Positions 1 through 11,791 of a stretch of 64,000 nt of DNA are shown here, piece by piece. How positions within the stretch are numbered: the first letter of the stretch is position 1; every line of letters begins with the position of its first letter. This stretch comes from Candidatus Latescibacterota bacterium. Lineage in GTDB: Bacteria > Latescibacterota > UBA2968 > GCA-2709665. Made by a program: the position numbers and the translations under genes. The notes under the pieces were generated by a model, which was not told the origin of the DNA, did not search any database, and saw only the letters and a list, made by a program, of their open reading frames with translations. Location of the stretch: contig OZ244937.1 of NCBI GenBank assembly GCA_965222075.1, forward strand, positions 384,001 to 448,000. The letters run 5' to 3'.

Positions 1-2
1 TG

Positions 3-749
3 CTCGACTCCCCGGAGCTTCACCTGCCCTGGGGGCACGTCCATCTGCCTCATTTTGAGTTGTTTGGTATTGACCTGTCGATTACCCGGCACGTTGTGAT
101 GATGTGGGTGGCCGCGGTTTTTCTGGTGGTGGTTCTGGTGGCGTCCATGCGGCGTCGGGGACTGGTGCCCTCCGGGTTTGCCAACGTCATCGAGTCGGTT
201 GTGGTGTTTATCCGGGACGAGATTGCGGTGCCCAATATTGGGAAAGCAGAGGCGGGCCGATTCCTGCCTTATCTGTTGACGGTTTTTTTCTTTATTCTGA
301 CGTGTAATTTGCTGGGTCTGGTCCCCTGGGGCGCAGCGGCCACGGGGAACATCAATGTGACGGCGACGCTGGCGATCTGCTCCTTTGTGGCCATTCAGTT
401 CGGCGGGATTCTCCACAATGGCCTGTTTGGATATTTCAGGGGGCTTATCCCCCACGGACTGCCGCTGTGGCTGCTGCCGATCATGATTCCGATCGAGATC
501 GTGAGTCTGTTTGCCAAGCCGTTTGCCCTCTGCATCCGTCTTTTTGCGAATATGACGGCCGGCCACATTGTGATCCTCTCGATGCTGGGTCTGATCTTCA
601 CGTTCCAATCGCTGGCAGTGGCCCCGGCCTCGGTCCTCTTCGCGGTGGCGGTGAATCTGCTGGAAATTTTCGTGGCGCTTATCCAGGCCTATATTTTTAC
701 GCTGCTGTCGGCCGTTTTCATCGGGATGGCGGTGCATCAGGAACATTAG
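3..749 (+). CDS. atpB: F0F1 ATP synthase subunit a (5' end outside window)
   Basis: Frame open from base 3; hydrophobic; motifs LCIRLFANMTAGH and IQAYIFTLL; first gene of the atp operon. Confidence 0.95.
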   Translation, partial: LDSPELHLPWGHVHLPHFELFGIDLSITRHVVMMWVAAVFLVVVLVASMRRRGLVPSGFANVIESVVVFIRDEIAVPNIGKAEAGRFLPYLLTVFFFILTCNLLGLVPWGAAATGNINVTATLAICSFVAIQFGGILHNGLFGYFRGLIPHGLPLWLLPIMIPIEIVSLFAKPFALCIRLFANMTAGHIVILSMLGLIFTFQSLAVAPASVLFAVAVNLLEIFVALIQAYIFTLLSAVFIGMAVHQEH

Positions 750-820
750 AGGCGTGAAGCGTGAAAAGTGCCTTTCTCAATTTTTCATTCTTCATTTTAA
801 CTACCATCAAGGAGGGTTCT

Positions 821-1069
821 GTGGGAGCTGAAGCGACATCTCTGGCGGCTGAGGCCTACGGGTATCTGGCAGCCGGTATTGGTGCAGGACTGGTGACGAT
901 CGGGGCCAGTATTGGCATCGGCCGCCTTGCCGGGATGGCGATGGAAGGTACGGCGCGTCAGCCGGAGGCGACGGGCGACATCCGAGCGTCTATGATTATC
1001 GCCGCAGCATTGATCGAGGGGATTGCCCTGTTTGGACAGGTGATCTGTATCGTTCTGGCAACCAAGTAA
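821..1069 (+). CDS. atpE: ATP synthase subunit c
   Basis: GTG at 821 after AAGGAGG; GAGLVTIGASIGIG, RQPEA loop, LIEGIALF with the carboxylate Glu. Confidence 0.93.
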   Translation: MGAEATSLAAEAYGYLAAGIGAGLVTIGASIGIGRLAGMAMEGTARQPEATGDIRASMIIAAALIEGIALFGQVICIVLATK

Positions 1070-1174
1070 CTGCACGGTATACCCGGAGGCTTCAGGGGTC
1101 CTGCTTAAGCACCGGACTCTGTTGCCTCTGACTGCCGAGGTTTATTTCGGCGGTACTGGAGAAGGGAAGGTGCT

Positions 1175-1675
1175 ATGCTTTTAAAGATAGAACCGGGCCT
1201 GATCATCTGGACGCTTGTCACCTTTGTGCTGCTGTTGGTTATTCTCAAGGCAGTGGCTTGGAAGCCTCTGCTGGCCATGCTGGACGAACGGGAGAAGCGC
1301 ATTCAGGAGTCTCTGGATCAGGCTGAAAAGGCCCGGCAGGAGGCGCAGGAGGCCACTGAAGAAAACCGGCGGATGATGGCACAGGCCCAGGCCGAGGCGC
1401 AGGAGGCGGTGGCACAGGGGAGGGAGGCGGCCGAGCGGGTGGCGCAGGAGGTGCGCCAGCGTGCGGGGGGGGAGGCGCAGCAGATGCTGGAGCAGGCTCG
1501 GCGGACGATTCAGCAGGAGAAGGATCAGGCGATCTTAGAGCTGCGCAGCCGGGTGGCGGACCTGGCCCTTCTGGCGGCCGGGAAAGTTCTGGAAGATAAC
1601 CTGGACGATGCGCGCAACCGGCAGATTGTGGACGCGTTTATCGACGACATTCCGGATTCGGACCGGAACGGATAG
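1175..1675 (+). CDS. atpF: ATP synthase subunit b
   Basis: N-terminal TM ([17 protein letters not shown]) followed by coiled coil; operon position. Confidence 0.93.
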   Translation: MLLKIEPGLIIWTLVTFVLLLVILKAVAWKPLLAMLDEREKRIQESLDQAEKARQEAQEATEENRRMMAQAQAEAQEAVAQGREAAERVAQEVRQRAGGEAQQMLEQARRTIQQEKDQAILELRSRVADLALLAAGKVLEDNLDDARNRQIVDAFIDDIPDSDRNG

Positions 1676-1687
1676 ACGGAGTAGACC

Positions 1688-2230
1688 TTGAACGAGACTC
1701 CCGTTTCGCTGCGTTATGCCAGGGCACTGATCCATGCGGCCGAGGAGCAGGGCGTGCTGGACCGGGTCCGGGAGGATTTGCTGGGGCTTCTGGACCTGAT
1801 CCGGGAATCGGAAGCCCTTCGGGCCTTTTTGACCGATCCCCTGATTCACCCGGAGCAGAAGCGGACGGCCTTCCAAACGCTGTTTTCGGGTAAGGTCGGC
1901 GATCTCACGCTGAACTTCCTGCTGCTTTTGTGTGGAAAACGGCGGGAGCGGGGGCTTGAAGGTATTATTCGGGGTTTTCTGGGGCTGTTGGACGAGCGTC
2001 GGGGGGTGATTACGGCCCGGGTGCGTTCGGCAAAGGACCTCACGCAGGAGCAGCAGGCGCGGCTTGTGGAGCGGCTGTCGGCCTATTCGGGCAAGCAGGT
2101 GCGGCTGGAGGTTGAAGTGGACGAGGCTTTGAGGGCCGGGTTTGTCGCCCGTTTGGGAGACCAGGTGTTCGACGGCACGCTGGAGGCGCAGCTGAACCGA
2201 CTGCGCCGGAGATTGGCCGCAGGGTTATGA
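1688..2230 (+). CDS. atpH: ATP synthase subunit delta
   Basis: RYARAL N-terminus and [16 protein letters not shown]-terminus; operon position. Confidence 0.92.
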   Translation: MNETPVSLRYARALIHAAEEQGVLDRVREDLLGLLDLIRESEALRAFLTDPLIHPEQKRTAFQTLFSGKVGDLTLNFLLLLCGKRRERGLEGIIRGFLGLLDERRGVITARVRSAKDLTQEQQARLVERLSAYSGKQVRLEVEVDEALRAGFVARLGDQVFDGTLEAQLNRLRRRLAAGL

Positions 2231-2255
2231 CAAAAAAGCGAGGTGTGTAGACATT

Positions 2256-3776
2256 ATGGCAATAAACCTGCAGATTCGGCCCGATGAGGTTTCAGATATT
2301 CTGAAGCGCCAGATTCTGGAAGCAGAGCGCGCGATCGATGTGTACGAGACCGGGACGGTGCTCCAGGTGGGAGATGGGGTTGCCCGCGTACACGGGCTTG
2401 CCAATGTGCAGGCCAGCGAACTGGTGGCTTTTCCAAACGATATTATGGGGATGGCGCAAAACCTTGAAGAGGACAATGTGGGGTGTGTGCTGTTTGGCGA
2501 CGATACCCATATCAAGGAAGGCGACGAGGCCAGGCGGACCGGCCGCATTGTAGAGGTGCCGGTGGGTGAGGCGTTGCTGGGCCGGGTGGTGGATCCTCTG
2601 GGACAGCCGCTGGACGGCAAGGGACCGATTACCACCGACCGGAGCCTGCCGGTGGAACGCATCGCTCCGGGGGTGATTCAACGCCAGCCGGTGACCCAGG
2701 CGCTGCAGACGGGGATCAAGGTTGTGGATTCCACAACGCCGATTGGACGGGGACAGCGCGAGTTGATTATTGGAGACCGGCAGACGGGCAAGACGGCGAT
2801 CGGGCTGGATGCGATTATCAACCAGAAGACGACCGGGGTGAAGTGCATCTATGTGGGCATCGGCCAGAAGGCGTCTTCGGTGGCCAAGGTGGTTGCGGAA
2901 CTGGCGGCAAAGGGCGCGATGGATTATACGATTGTGGTTTCGGCCACGGCCAGCGACCCGGCCCCGCTCCAGTTCTTAGCGCCCTATGCGGGGTGTTCGA
3001 TGGGCGAGTACTTCCGCGATAAGGGCGAGCATGCGCTGATTGTCTACGACGATCTGTCCAAGCAGGCATGGGCCTACCGGGAGATGTCGCTGGTGCTGCG
3101 CCGTCCACCCGGCCGGGAAGCCTATCCCGGGGATGTGTTCTACCTGCATTCCCGGCTTTTGGAGCGCGCCTGCAAGCTGAGCGATGAAGAGGGCGGTGGT
3201 TCTCTGACGGCGTTGCCGGTGATCGAGATCTTAGAGGGGGATGTGTCCACTTTCGTGCCCACCAACGTGATTTCGATTACGGACGGGCAGATTCTGCTGA
3301 AACCGGAATTGTTCTATTCCGGCATCCGGCCGGCGATGGATGTGGGGGCTTCGGTATCCCGGGTGGCCGCGGCCAAAACCAGGGCGTTGCGGGCGGTGTC
3401 CAATACGCTGAAAGGGGATATGTCGCGGTATCACGAGGTTCAGGCCTTTGCGCAGTTCGGCGCCTCGGACCTGGATGCAGCCACCCGGAACCTGCTGAAC
3501 CAGGGGGAAAAACTGACGGAGATTCTGAAGCAGGATCAGTTCAATCCTATGTCGCTGGGAGAGCAGGTGGTGTCGCTTTCGGTGGGTGTGCAGGTGGACG
3601 AGTTGCCGACGGTGGATGTGCGGCGTTTTGAGGGCGAGGTGCTGGCTTATATGCGCGACCAGCATCAGGATGTGCTGGATGATATTACGCAGACCGAAGC
3701 GTTGAGCGATGAGGCAAAGGTCAGGATCGATGAGGCTATCGAGAAGGTCAAGAGCGGATTTCAGGCGTCGGCATAA
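2256..3776 (+). CDS. atpA: ATP synthase subunit alpha
   Basis: Walker [44 protein letters not shown]. Confidence 0.98.
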   Translation: MAINLQIRPDEVSDILKRQILEAERAIDVYETGTVLQVGDGVARVHGLANVQASELVAFPNDIMGMAQNLEEDNVGCVLFGDDTHIKEGDEARRTGRIVEVPVGEALLGRVVDPLGQPLDGKGPITTDRSLPVERIAPGVIQRQPVTQALQTGIKVVDSTTPIGRGQRELIIGDRQTGKTAIGLDAIINQKTTGVKCIYVGIGQKASSVAKVVAELAAKGAMDYTIVVSATASDPAPLQFLAPYAGCSMGEYFRDKGEHALIVYDDLSKQAWAYREMSLVLRRPPGREAYPGDVFYLHSRLLERACKLSDEEGGGSLTALPVIEILEGDVSTFVPTNVISITDGQILLKPELFYSGIRPAMDVGASVSRVAAAKTRALRAVSNTLKGDMSRYHEVQAFAQFGASDLDAATRNLLNQGEKLTEILKQDQFNPMSLGEQVVSLSVGVQVDELPTVDVRRFEGEVLAYMRDQHQDVLDDITQTEALSDEAKVRIDEAIEKVKSGFQASA

Positions 3777-3800
3777 GGGCCAGATGTGAAGGAGTAAGGG

Positions 3801-4658
3801 GTGGCGACATTACGTCAGCTCAGAACCCGGGTGGCGAGCGTTAAGAATATCCAGCGTGTGACCAATGCGATGCAGCTGGTGGCGGCTGCCAGGGTGCGCC
3901 GGGCGCAGGAGCATATTCTTGCGGCCCGACCCTATGCCCGGAAACTGGACCAGGTGCTGCAGCAGCTGAGCGCCGGTATCGGCGAGGACCGGCATCCCCT
4001 GTTGCGCGAGCGCCCGGTTGAACGGGTGGCGGTGGCGGTGGTGACGGCCGACCGGGGGCTGTGCGGGGGGTTTAACGCCAGCATCTGCCGCCACGCGCTG
4101 GCAGAGCTGGACGCCTATGAAGGCAGGGAGGTGGAACTGGTTGCGGTGGGCCGGAAGGGGCGCGATTTTTTCCGCAAACAGGATTATGCGATCGTCAGGG
4201 AGTATACGGATGTGTTTCGAGAGCTGGCGTTCGGCCAGGCCGTGGCCATTGCCGAAGATCTGACCGGGCGTTTTATGTCGGGCGAGGTGGACCGGGTTGT
4301 GGTTATGTTCAACGAATTTATCTCGATTGCACAGCAGCATCCCGTTACTGTGCAGTTGCTGCCGATTGTGCCCGAAGAGGCCGAGGCGGACGACCGGGCC
4401 GTGGCGTATATTTTTGAGCCCGATCCGGAACGTCTGCTGGACGCCCTTGTGCCGAGGCATGTGAATTTTCAGATCTGGCGGGCGCTGCTGGAGTCAAATG
4501 CCGGGGAACAGGCTGCGCGGATGGCGGCGATGGACAATGCGACCAAAAATGCGGGCGACCTGGTCGAAGAGCTGACCCGCGAGATGAACAAGGTACGGCA
4601 GTCGAGCATTACCTTAGAGCTGATGGATATCATCGGCGGCGCAGAGGCGGTTGCGTGA
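3801..4658 (+). CDS. atpG: ATP synthase subunit gamma
   Basis: ADRGLCGGFN, EQAARMAAMDNATKNA, RQSSITLEL. Confidence 0.97.
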   Translation: MATLRQLRTRVASVKNIQRVTNAMQLVAAARVRRAQEHILAARPYARKLDQVLQQLSAGIGEDRHPLLRERPVERVAVAVVTADRGLCGGFNASICRHALAELDAYEGREVELVAVGRKGRDFFRKQDYAIVREYTDVFRELAFGQAVAIAEDLTGRFMSGEVDRVVVMFNEFISIAQQHPVTVQLLPIVPEEAEADDRAVAYIFEPDPERLLDALVPRHVNFQIWRALLESNAGEQAARMAAMDNATKNAGDLVEELTREMNKVRQSSITLELMDIIGGAEAVA

Positions 4659-4683
4659 AAGGCAGGGGGCAGGGAAAGGCTGA

Positions 4684-6102
<1,419 letters not shown>

Positions 6103-6139
6103 GGACCGGGGTGGATAGAACACTGATTGCGAGCATGCG

Positions 6140-6577
6140 ATGCCGATGTTTCAGCTTGAGATCGTGACGCCCGAAAAGACGGTTTATTCGGGCAGGGTGG
6201 AGAGCCTGCGGGCGCCCGGCACCGAGGGCGGGTTCGGTGTGCTGGCCGGGCACCATCCGATGCTGGCATCGCTGGATGTGGGGCAGATTATGTTCAGGCC
6301 TGCCTGCCGAGCAGGTGTCGGCGCAGGCAGGGAGGAGGGGGAGGGGCCGAAGGTGGCGGCCACCAGCGGTGGGTTCGCCCAGGTCCAGCGGGATAGTGTG
6401 ACCGTGCTGGCGGAGACGGCCGAGCTGGCCGGGGAGATCGATGTGGCGCGGGCGGAAGCGGCGCGGGACCGGGCGCGGGAGCGGCTGGCCCGGCGGCGGG
6501 AGGCGGAGGTTGATGCGGTACGGGCGGAGATGGCGCTTGTGCGGGCGCTGAACCGGTTGCGGGTGGGGGAACAATGA
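6140..6577 (+). CDS. atpC: ATP synthase subunit epsilon, carrying an 11-aa in-frame palindromic insertion
   Basis: LEIVTPEK, GFGVLAGHHPM, SGGFAQV; extra PACRAGVGAGR encoded by 6299-6331. Confidence 0.95.
   Translation: MPMFQLEIVTPEKTVYSGRVESLRAPGTEGGFGVLAGHHPMLASLDVGQIMFRPACRAGVGAGREEGEGPKVAATSGGFAQVQRDSVTVLAETAELAGEIDVARAEAARDRARERLARRREAEVDAVRAEMALVRALNRLRVGEQ
6299..6331. repeat. 33-bp palindromic insertion element inside atpC
   Basis: CCTGCCTGC-cgagcaggtgtcggc-GCAGGCAGG; removing it gives MFR-EEG in frame. Confidence 0.85.
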
Positions 6578-6610
6578 GGGGATAGCGCGAAGGTTAGCAG
6601 GGAATACCAC

Positions 6611-6644
6611 AGGAGCGGGTTTGAAACCCGCTCCTCTTTTTTTT
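6611..6644 (+). terminator. Rho-independent terminator of the atp operon
   Basis: AGGAGCGGGT-ttgaa-ACCCGCTCCT followed by a T-tract. Confidence 0.8.
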
Positions 6645-7023
6645 GCAGGCAGGGGTGTAAGTGCTTACGCGGAATTGGAGTTCCTCTTTCTGTAAAAATT
6701 GCGTAAATTAAAAGGACGAATGAGGGTCAATAAGCCGCCCTTGCCGGGCGACCTGCCGAAGAAGTGACCAGGCCTCCGGCGATAAGAAAGGCAGGGTGGA
6801 GCGCGACGCAGATCCGCTATGAAGAAGAGTAAGAAGTTGTCATGTGCCCTTTGGGGCACCCATGATGATGAAAAGAGTTGCGTTGGCAGACTTGTACTGT
6901 AACCATACATGCCCTCTCACGCGTTTCGCCTCCCGCGCCTTCGCTGCGGGGTTGAAGGGGCTTTTCCGCGCGGTTCCGTCCAGCGCCTTCGCCTCGGGAA
7001 TCCCCAAGCGCTCGCAGGGCAGA

Positions 7024-7056
7024 CCTGCCTGTGCCGTGCCCGGCACGGCAGACAGG
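7024..7056. repeat. 33-bp palindromic insertion element (variant)
   Basis: CCTGCCTGT-gccgtgcccggcacg-GCAGACAGG; absent at the homologous site 48863/48864. Confidence 0.85.
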
Positions 7057-7138
7057 AGCTCCCGCTTCCACCACAGGCAACACTAACCATTCAAACCAAT
7101 CCAGGCAATTTGCGGAAAAGCAGCCGCCGTCTGAGCGG

Positions 7139-7171
7139 CCTGCCTGCAGCGCGGTGCGCCGCGCAGGCAGG
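7139..7171. repeat. 33-bp palindromic insertion element
   Basis: CCTGCCTGC-agcgcggtgcgccgc-GCAGGCAGG, exact reverse complement of 44431-44463; absent at the homologous site 48924/48925. Confidence 0.9.
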
Positions 7172-7385
7172 CGCCCTTCTTTTTCGGCCTTTTTCTTGGG
7201 CGATCAAGAAAAAGGCCTCGCCGAAGGCATGGGGACGAAGGGCGGGGAGGAGTTGCGGATGACGGAGACCGCGCGGGACTGAGCGACAAGGCCATCTACC
7301 GAAAGGTTATTTTCCAAGCACTAATCGCGTTGGACTCAAATCTGTGCCTCGCAAGCAACGCATCACCAGAGAGAGGACGGCAACC

Positions 7386-7934
7386 ATGGCTATCCCCAAT
7401 CCTGTAGTCAAGTTTACCTGCGAAGACTACCTGAATACGCCGGAAGACAAGCGCTACGAGCTTCTGGACGGAGAATTGATTATGACCCCTGCACCTGGAG
7501 AGCTTCACCAGAGCATTTCCATCCTGCTGGGATCGAAACTGTTTCAATTTGTGGATGAGAACAGCCTGGGGCGGGTGTATAACGCTCCCTTCGATGTGGT
7601 GCTGTCGGATACGGACGTGGTGCAGCCGGACCTGCTCTTCGTCTCCAATGCGCGCGGCCACATTATCACTCCCGAGAATATACAGGGTGCACCGGACCTG
7701 GTTATCGAAATCCTGTCGCCCTCTACGGCCACACGCGACAGGACATTCAAGCGCACACTGTATGCCAGGCACGGCGTGAAAGAGTACTGGATGGTGGACA
7801 CCACCGCAAAAGACATAACGGTTCTGCTGCTCGGTGATCGAGGATTCGAGGTTGTGGACACCTGCGGTGAAGGGGAGGCGTTGACTTCGCCTACATTGCA
7901 AGGCTTCAGATTGAACCTCGACGACATATTCTAA
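7386..7934 (+). CDS. Uma2-family (PD-(D/E)xK) endonuclease
   Basis: RYELLDGELIMTPAP, VQPDLLFV, PDLVIEILSPST..RD, YARHGVKEYW; ATG after GAGAGG. Confidence 0.9.
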   Translation: MAIPNPVVKFTCEDYLNTPEDKRYELLDGELIMTPAPGELHQSISILLGSKLFQFVDENSLGRVYNAPFDVVLSDTDVVQPDLLFVSNARGHIITPENIQGAPDLVIEILSPSTATRDRTFKRTLYARHGVKEYWMVDTTAKDITVLLLGDRGFEVVDTCGEGEALTSPTLQGFRLNLDDIF

Positions 7935-7994
7935 GGTGCCGACAGCACGTTCATTCGTGTCCCGTACCTCTTCTTACAAAACGGAGGTGAAACG

Positions 7995-8201
7995 ATGCGG
8001 CAAGTGGTTCTATATCCAGGAGAAGATGGCTATTGGGTTGCCGAATGCCCCAGTTTGGCGGGTTGTATCAGTCAGGGTGAATCCCGACAGGCAGCGATTG
8101 CCAGCATCAAGGAGGCGATCGAAGCATACATAGCGGCCCTTGAAGACGACGGCCTGCCGGTTCCCGAGGATCGTTTCGAGGCGTTGGTCGTCGCCGTATG
8201 A
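7995..8201 (+). CDS. hicB: HicB-family antitoxin
   Basis: EDGYWVAECPSLAGCISQGES...IKEAI; overlaps the downstream hicA. Confidence 0.85.
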   Translation: MRQVVLYPGEDGYWVAECPSLAGCISQGESRQAAIASIKEAIEAYIAALEDDGLPVPEDRFEALVVAV

Positions 8202-8419
8202 GCGTACTGCCTTTAATTTCAGGGCGGGAGTGCGTCAGAGCGCTCGCCAGAGTCGGGTTTTACATCAGACGACAACGCGGCAGTCACATTGTTTTGCGTC
8301 GTGACGACCCTTTTGCGCAGCTCGTAGTTCCCGACCACCGGGAACTTGACAGAGGAACACTGCGCGCCATCATAAGACAATGCGGCCTGGGTATAGAGGA
8401 GTTCTCCAAGCTATTGTGA
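8198..8419 (+). CDS. hicA: HicA-family mRNA interferase toxin
   Basis: GF..RRQRGSHIVL, VPDHRELDRGTLRAII. Confidence 0.88.
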   Translation: MSVLPLISGRECVRALARVGFYIRRQRGSHIVLRRDDPFAQLVVPDHRELDRGTLRAIIRQCGLGIEEFSKLL

Positions 8420-8671
8420 CTTTCACATTCATGTGCGATAGATTCATAACTGGAAGACGGGAGTTGGTGATGAACTGACAGTTGACAGCGAATTATGTCC
8501 GTAAGGTTGATGTCACTGATCGCCTCAATATACGGATTCGCAGCGCAGAAGGGGACTACAGTATTTCTGTCTGAATTGCGTGCCCGCAGGCGGATTTGCG
8601 GCTACAAGTCAGTGAATCTGCGCCAGGGCTATCCGCTTCTTGAGATCAGGATACCTGAGCAGGTTTGCGCC

Positions 8672-8885
8672 GTGCAAGCAACGTATCACCAGAGAGAGGA
8701 CGGCAACCATGGCTATCCCCAATCCTGTAGTCAAGTTTACCTACGAAGACTACCTGAATACGCCGGAAGACAAGCGTTACGAGCTTTTGGACGGAGAGTT
8801 GATTATGACCCCTGCGCCTGGAGAACTTCACCAGAGCGTTTCCGCCCAGTTAGGGTGGAGATTGGTTCAGTTCGCATCTGAGAAC
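8672..8885 (+). pseudogene. Truncated duplicate of the Uma2 gene 5' region
   Basis: Closely similar to ~7350-7562 (MAIPNPVVKFTYEDYLNTPEDKRYELLDGE...), then breaks off. Confidence 0.85.
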
Positions 8886-8926
8886 CGACGGCACGTTCTT
8901 GCGTGCTCCAGTTAAGGAGGGTTGCC

Positions 8927-11764
8927 ATGAAGCGTCTTTCACTGGTCCTGGTCGCTTTTCTCCTGGGCTGTGCCACCACCCGGAAACAACCAGCCCAGCC
9001 CCCGGCCGCAGAGGAACAAACCGCCAGCCAGGTTTTGCCCGTGGATCCGCAGGTGCTGGTCGGAGAACTGGACAACGGCCTGCGCTACTTTATCCGCAAA
9101 AACCAGAAGCCCGAGAATAGAGCTGCGCTGCGCCTGGCCGTAAACGTGGGCTCCGTGCTGGAGGAGGAGGACCAGCAGGGCCTGGCCCACTTTGCCGAGC
9201 ACATGGCCTTCAACGGCACCGAGCATTTCGCCAAGCAGGAGCTGGTGGACTACCTGGAGTCCATCGGCATGGACTTTGGCCCCGACCTGAACGCCATCAC
9301 CTCCTTTGACGAAACCGTGTACATGCTGACCGTGCCCACCGACAGCGTCGCCATCGTGGAGACAGCCTTCCAGATTCTGGAGGACTGGGCCCACCGGGTG
9401 AGTTACGAACCCGAAGAAATCGACAAGGAGCGCGGCGTGGTCATCGAAGAGTGGCGCCTGGGACAGGGCGCCCAGCAGCGCATGTTCGACCAGCAGGTGC
9501 CGATCCTGCTGAAAGACTCGCGTTATGCCGAGCGTTTGCCGATCGGCCAGAAGGCGGTGCTGGACACCTTTCACCACGAGACCTTGAAAAATTTCTACAG
9601 GACCTGGTACCGCCCGGACCTGATGGGTTTCGTCGCCGTGGGCGATTTTGACCCGGCCTGGATCGATTCACTGGTCCAGGTCTATTTCACCCGCATCCCC
9701 GGGGTCACCGACCCCCAGGAGCGCAAGGTCTACCCCGTGCCCGACCACGAAGAGACCCTGTTCGCGATTGCCACCGACCCGGAGGCCACCTACAACAGCG
9801 TCAATATCTACTACAAGCAGGACGTGCGCCAGCAGGGTACGGTGGCGGCCTACCGGCAGTCGCTGATCGAGGATCTCTACCACCTCATGTTCAACAAACG
9901 CCTGAATGAATTGACCAGGTTGCCCGAGCCCCCCTTCCTCTACGGCTACTCCGGCCGGGGGCGCCTTCTGCGCTCCAGGGAGTTTTTCATCCTGGGCTCC
10001 AGTGTCTGGAACAACGGCTTTGACGCAGGCCTGGAGGCCCTGTTGACCGAGTCGGCCCGGGTGCGACAGTTCGGTTTCACCCGGTCCGAACTGGAGCGGG
10101 AAAAAAAGGATGTGCTGCGCGGCATGGAGCAGGCCTACCGTGAGCGCGACAAGAGCCAGTCCGGCGGCTTTGCCAGCGAGTACGTGCGCCACTTCCTCAC
10201 CGGGGAGCCCATACCCGGGATCGAGAAGGAGTACGCCCTCTACCAGGAACTGGTACCCGCCATCGAGCTGGGGGAGGTAAACGCCCTGGCCAGCGAGTGG
10301 ACCAGCACCCGGAACCGGGTCATCACCGTGAACGCGCCGGAGAAGGAGGGGCTGGAGGTGCCGGACGAGGAGGATCTGCTGGCGGTATTCGCCCGGGTGG
10401 ATCAAAAGGAAATAACCCCGTATGAAGACGCGGTTTCGGACGACCCCCTGGTGGCCCAGGTGCCGGAGCCGGCCGCCATTGTCGAGCGCGGCGAGATCCT
10501 CGAAATCGGCGTGATCCGGTGGGTTCTGGCCAATGGGGTCCGGGTCTTTCTCAAACCAACCGATTTCAAGAACGACGAGATCCTCTTTACCTCCTATAGT
10601 CCGGGCGGGCATTCGCTGGTGCCGGACCAGGACTACGTGGCGGCGATGACAGCCTCGTCCGTGGTGGGGGAAGGCGGCGTGGCCGGCTTCAACCAGATCA
10701 AGTTGCAGAAAAAGATGGCGGGCAAGGTCGTGGGGGTGTCGCCGTGGATCGGCGGTCTTGAGGAGGGTATCTCCGGCTCGGCCTCTCCCGAAGATATGGG
10801 CACCATGTTCGAGCTGATCTACGCCTACTTCACCAGCCCGCGCCAGGACAGCACCGCCTTCCAGGCCTACCAGACCCGGGTGAAGGGTTTTATCCAGAAC
10901 CGCAGCGCCGCGCCCCAGGCTGCCTTTGTCGATACCATCCAGGTGACCATGGCCCAGTACCACTTCCGGGCGCGGCCCTGGTCGACCGCACTGCTGGATG
11001 AGATGGATCTGGAGACCTCCATGGCGGTCTACCAGGAGCGCTTCGCGGATGCGGGCGACTTTACTTTCTTCTTCGTGGGGAATTTTACTCTGGAGGGGAT
11101 CGAACCCCTGGTGCGGACCTACCTGGGCGGCCTGCCCAGCAGCGGGCGGCAGGAAAACTGGAAGGATGTGGGCATCGAAGCGCCGCAGGGCGTGGTGGAG
11201 AAGAGGGTCTATCGCGGCATCGAACCCAGGAGCCAGTCGCAGCTTATATTCACCGGTCCCTTTGAATACGATGGGTGGCGGAACAACTTTGAGTTCGACG
11301 CCATGACCACGGTTCTCCAGATCAAGCTGCGGGAGGTGCTGCGGGAGGATCTGGCAGGCACCTACGGGGTGCGGGTGGGGGGCAGCGTTTCGCAGTTCCC
11401 GGATCAGGAGTACCACATCAACCTGGGTTTCGGCTGCGACCCGGAACGGGTTGAAGAGTTGACCCGGGTCATCTTCACCCAGATCGACAGTCTTCAGAAC
11501 TTCGGCACCACCGACCTCTACATCAACAAAGTAAAGGAGATGCGCAAGCGCAAACGCGAGGTGGACCTGAAGGAAAACGGCTTCTGGATCAATGTCCTGA
11601 AATGGACCGACTCCCAAGGGATTGACCCGCGCTTGCTGCTTGAGTACCCGGAGTTGGTCGACAGCCTGACCAGCGAAGCGGTGCAGGCGGCGGCAAAGCG
11701 CTACTTCAATATGGACAACTACGTCCGGGTGGTGCTCTATCCGGAGGACATGACCGAACAATAG
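8927..11764 (+). CDS. M16 family zinc peptidase (PqqL-like), probable lipoprotein
   Basis: Lipobox LLGC; inverted zinc motif HFAEH; ELDNGLRYFI; second M16 half LANGVRVFLKPTDFK. Confidence 0.92.
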   Translation: MKRLSLVLVAFLLGCATTRKQPAQPPAAEEQTASQVLPVDPQVLVGELDNGLRYFIRKNQKPENRAALRLAVNVGSVLEEEDQQGLAHFAEHMAFNGTEHFAKQELVDYLESIGMDFGPDLNAITSFDETVYMLTVPTDSVAIVETAFQILEDWAHRVSYEPEEIDKERGVVIEEWRLGQGAQQRMFDQQVPILLKDSRYAERLPIGQKAVLDTFHHETLKNFYRTWYRPDLMGFVAVGDFDPAWIDSLVQVYFTRIPGVTDPQERKVYPVPDHEETLFAIATDPEATYNSVNIYYKQDVRQQGTVAAYRQSLIEDLYHLMFNKRLNELTRLPEPPFLYGYSGRGRLLRSREFFILGSSVWNNGFDAGLEALLTESARVRQFGFTRSELEREKKDVLRGMEQAYRERDKSQSGGFASEYVRHFLTGEPIPGIEKEYALYQELVPAIELGEVNALASEWTSTRNRVITVNAPEKEGLEVPDEEDLLAVFARVDQKEITPYEDAVSDDPLVAQVPEPAAIVERGEILEIGVIRWVLANGVRVFLKPTDFKNDEILFTSYSPGGHSLVPDQDYVAAMTASSVVGEGGVAGFNQIKLQKKMAGKVVGVSPWIGGLEEGISGSASPEDMGTMFELIYAYFTSPRQDSTAFQAYQTRVKGFIQNRSAAPQAAFVDTIQVTMAQYHFRARPWSTALLDEMDLETSMAVYQERFADAGDFTFFFVGNFTLEGIEPLVRTYLGGLPSSGRQENWKDVGIEAPQGVVEKRVYRGIEPRSQSQLIFTGPFEYDGWRNNFEFDAMTTVLQIKLREVLREDLAGTYGVRVGGSVSQFPDQEYHINLGFGCDPERVEELTRVIFTQIDSLQNFGTTDLYINKVKEMRKRKREVDLKENGFWINVLKWTDSQGIDPRLLLEYPELVDSLTSEAVQAAAKRYFNMDNYVRVVLYPEDMTEQ

Positions 11765-11791
11765 AGCACCCCCCTTCAGGAAACCGCACCT

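Larger units (their letters stand above)
6831..7270 (+). repeat. Dispersed intergenic repeat family A, copy 1, containing two 33-bp insertions
   Basis: Shares blocks (CATG..GGGGCACCCAT.ATGATGAAAA, GGGCTTTTCCG, hairpin GGCCTTTTTCTTG-GGCGAT-CAAGAAAAAGGCC, TCGCCGAAGGCATGGGG) with 46345-46670 (-) and 48794-48989. Confidence 0.85.

Noticed and set aside
6665-6830. Possible ncRNA or riboswitch after the atp terminator
   Set aside because: No recognisable family motif or convincing structure by eye
9668-11761. 697-aa minus-strand ORF, and similar ones at 4768-6123, 41401-42927 and 53872-55068
   Set aside because: Antisense shadows of GC-rich genes with clear family motifs on the other strand
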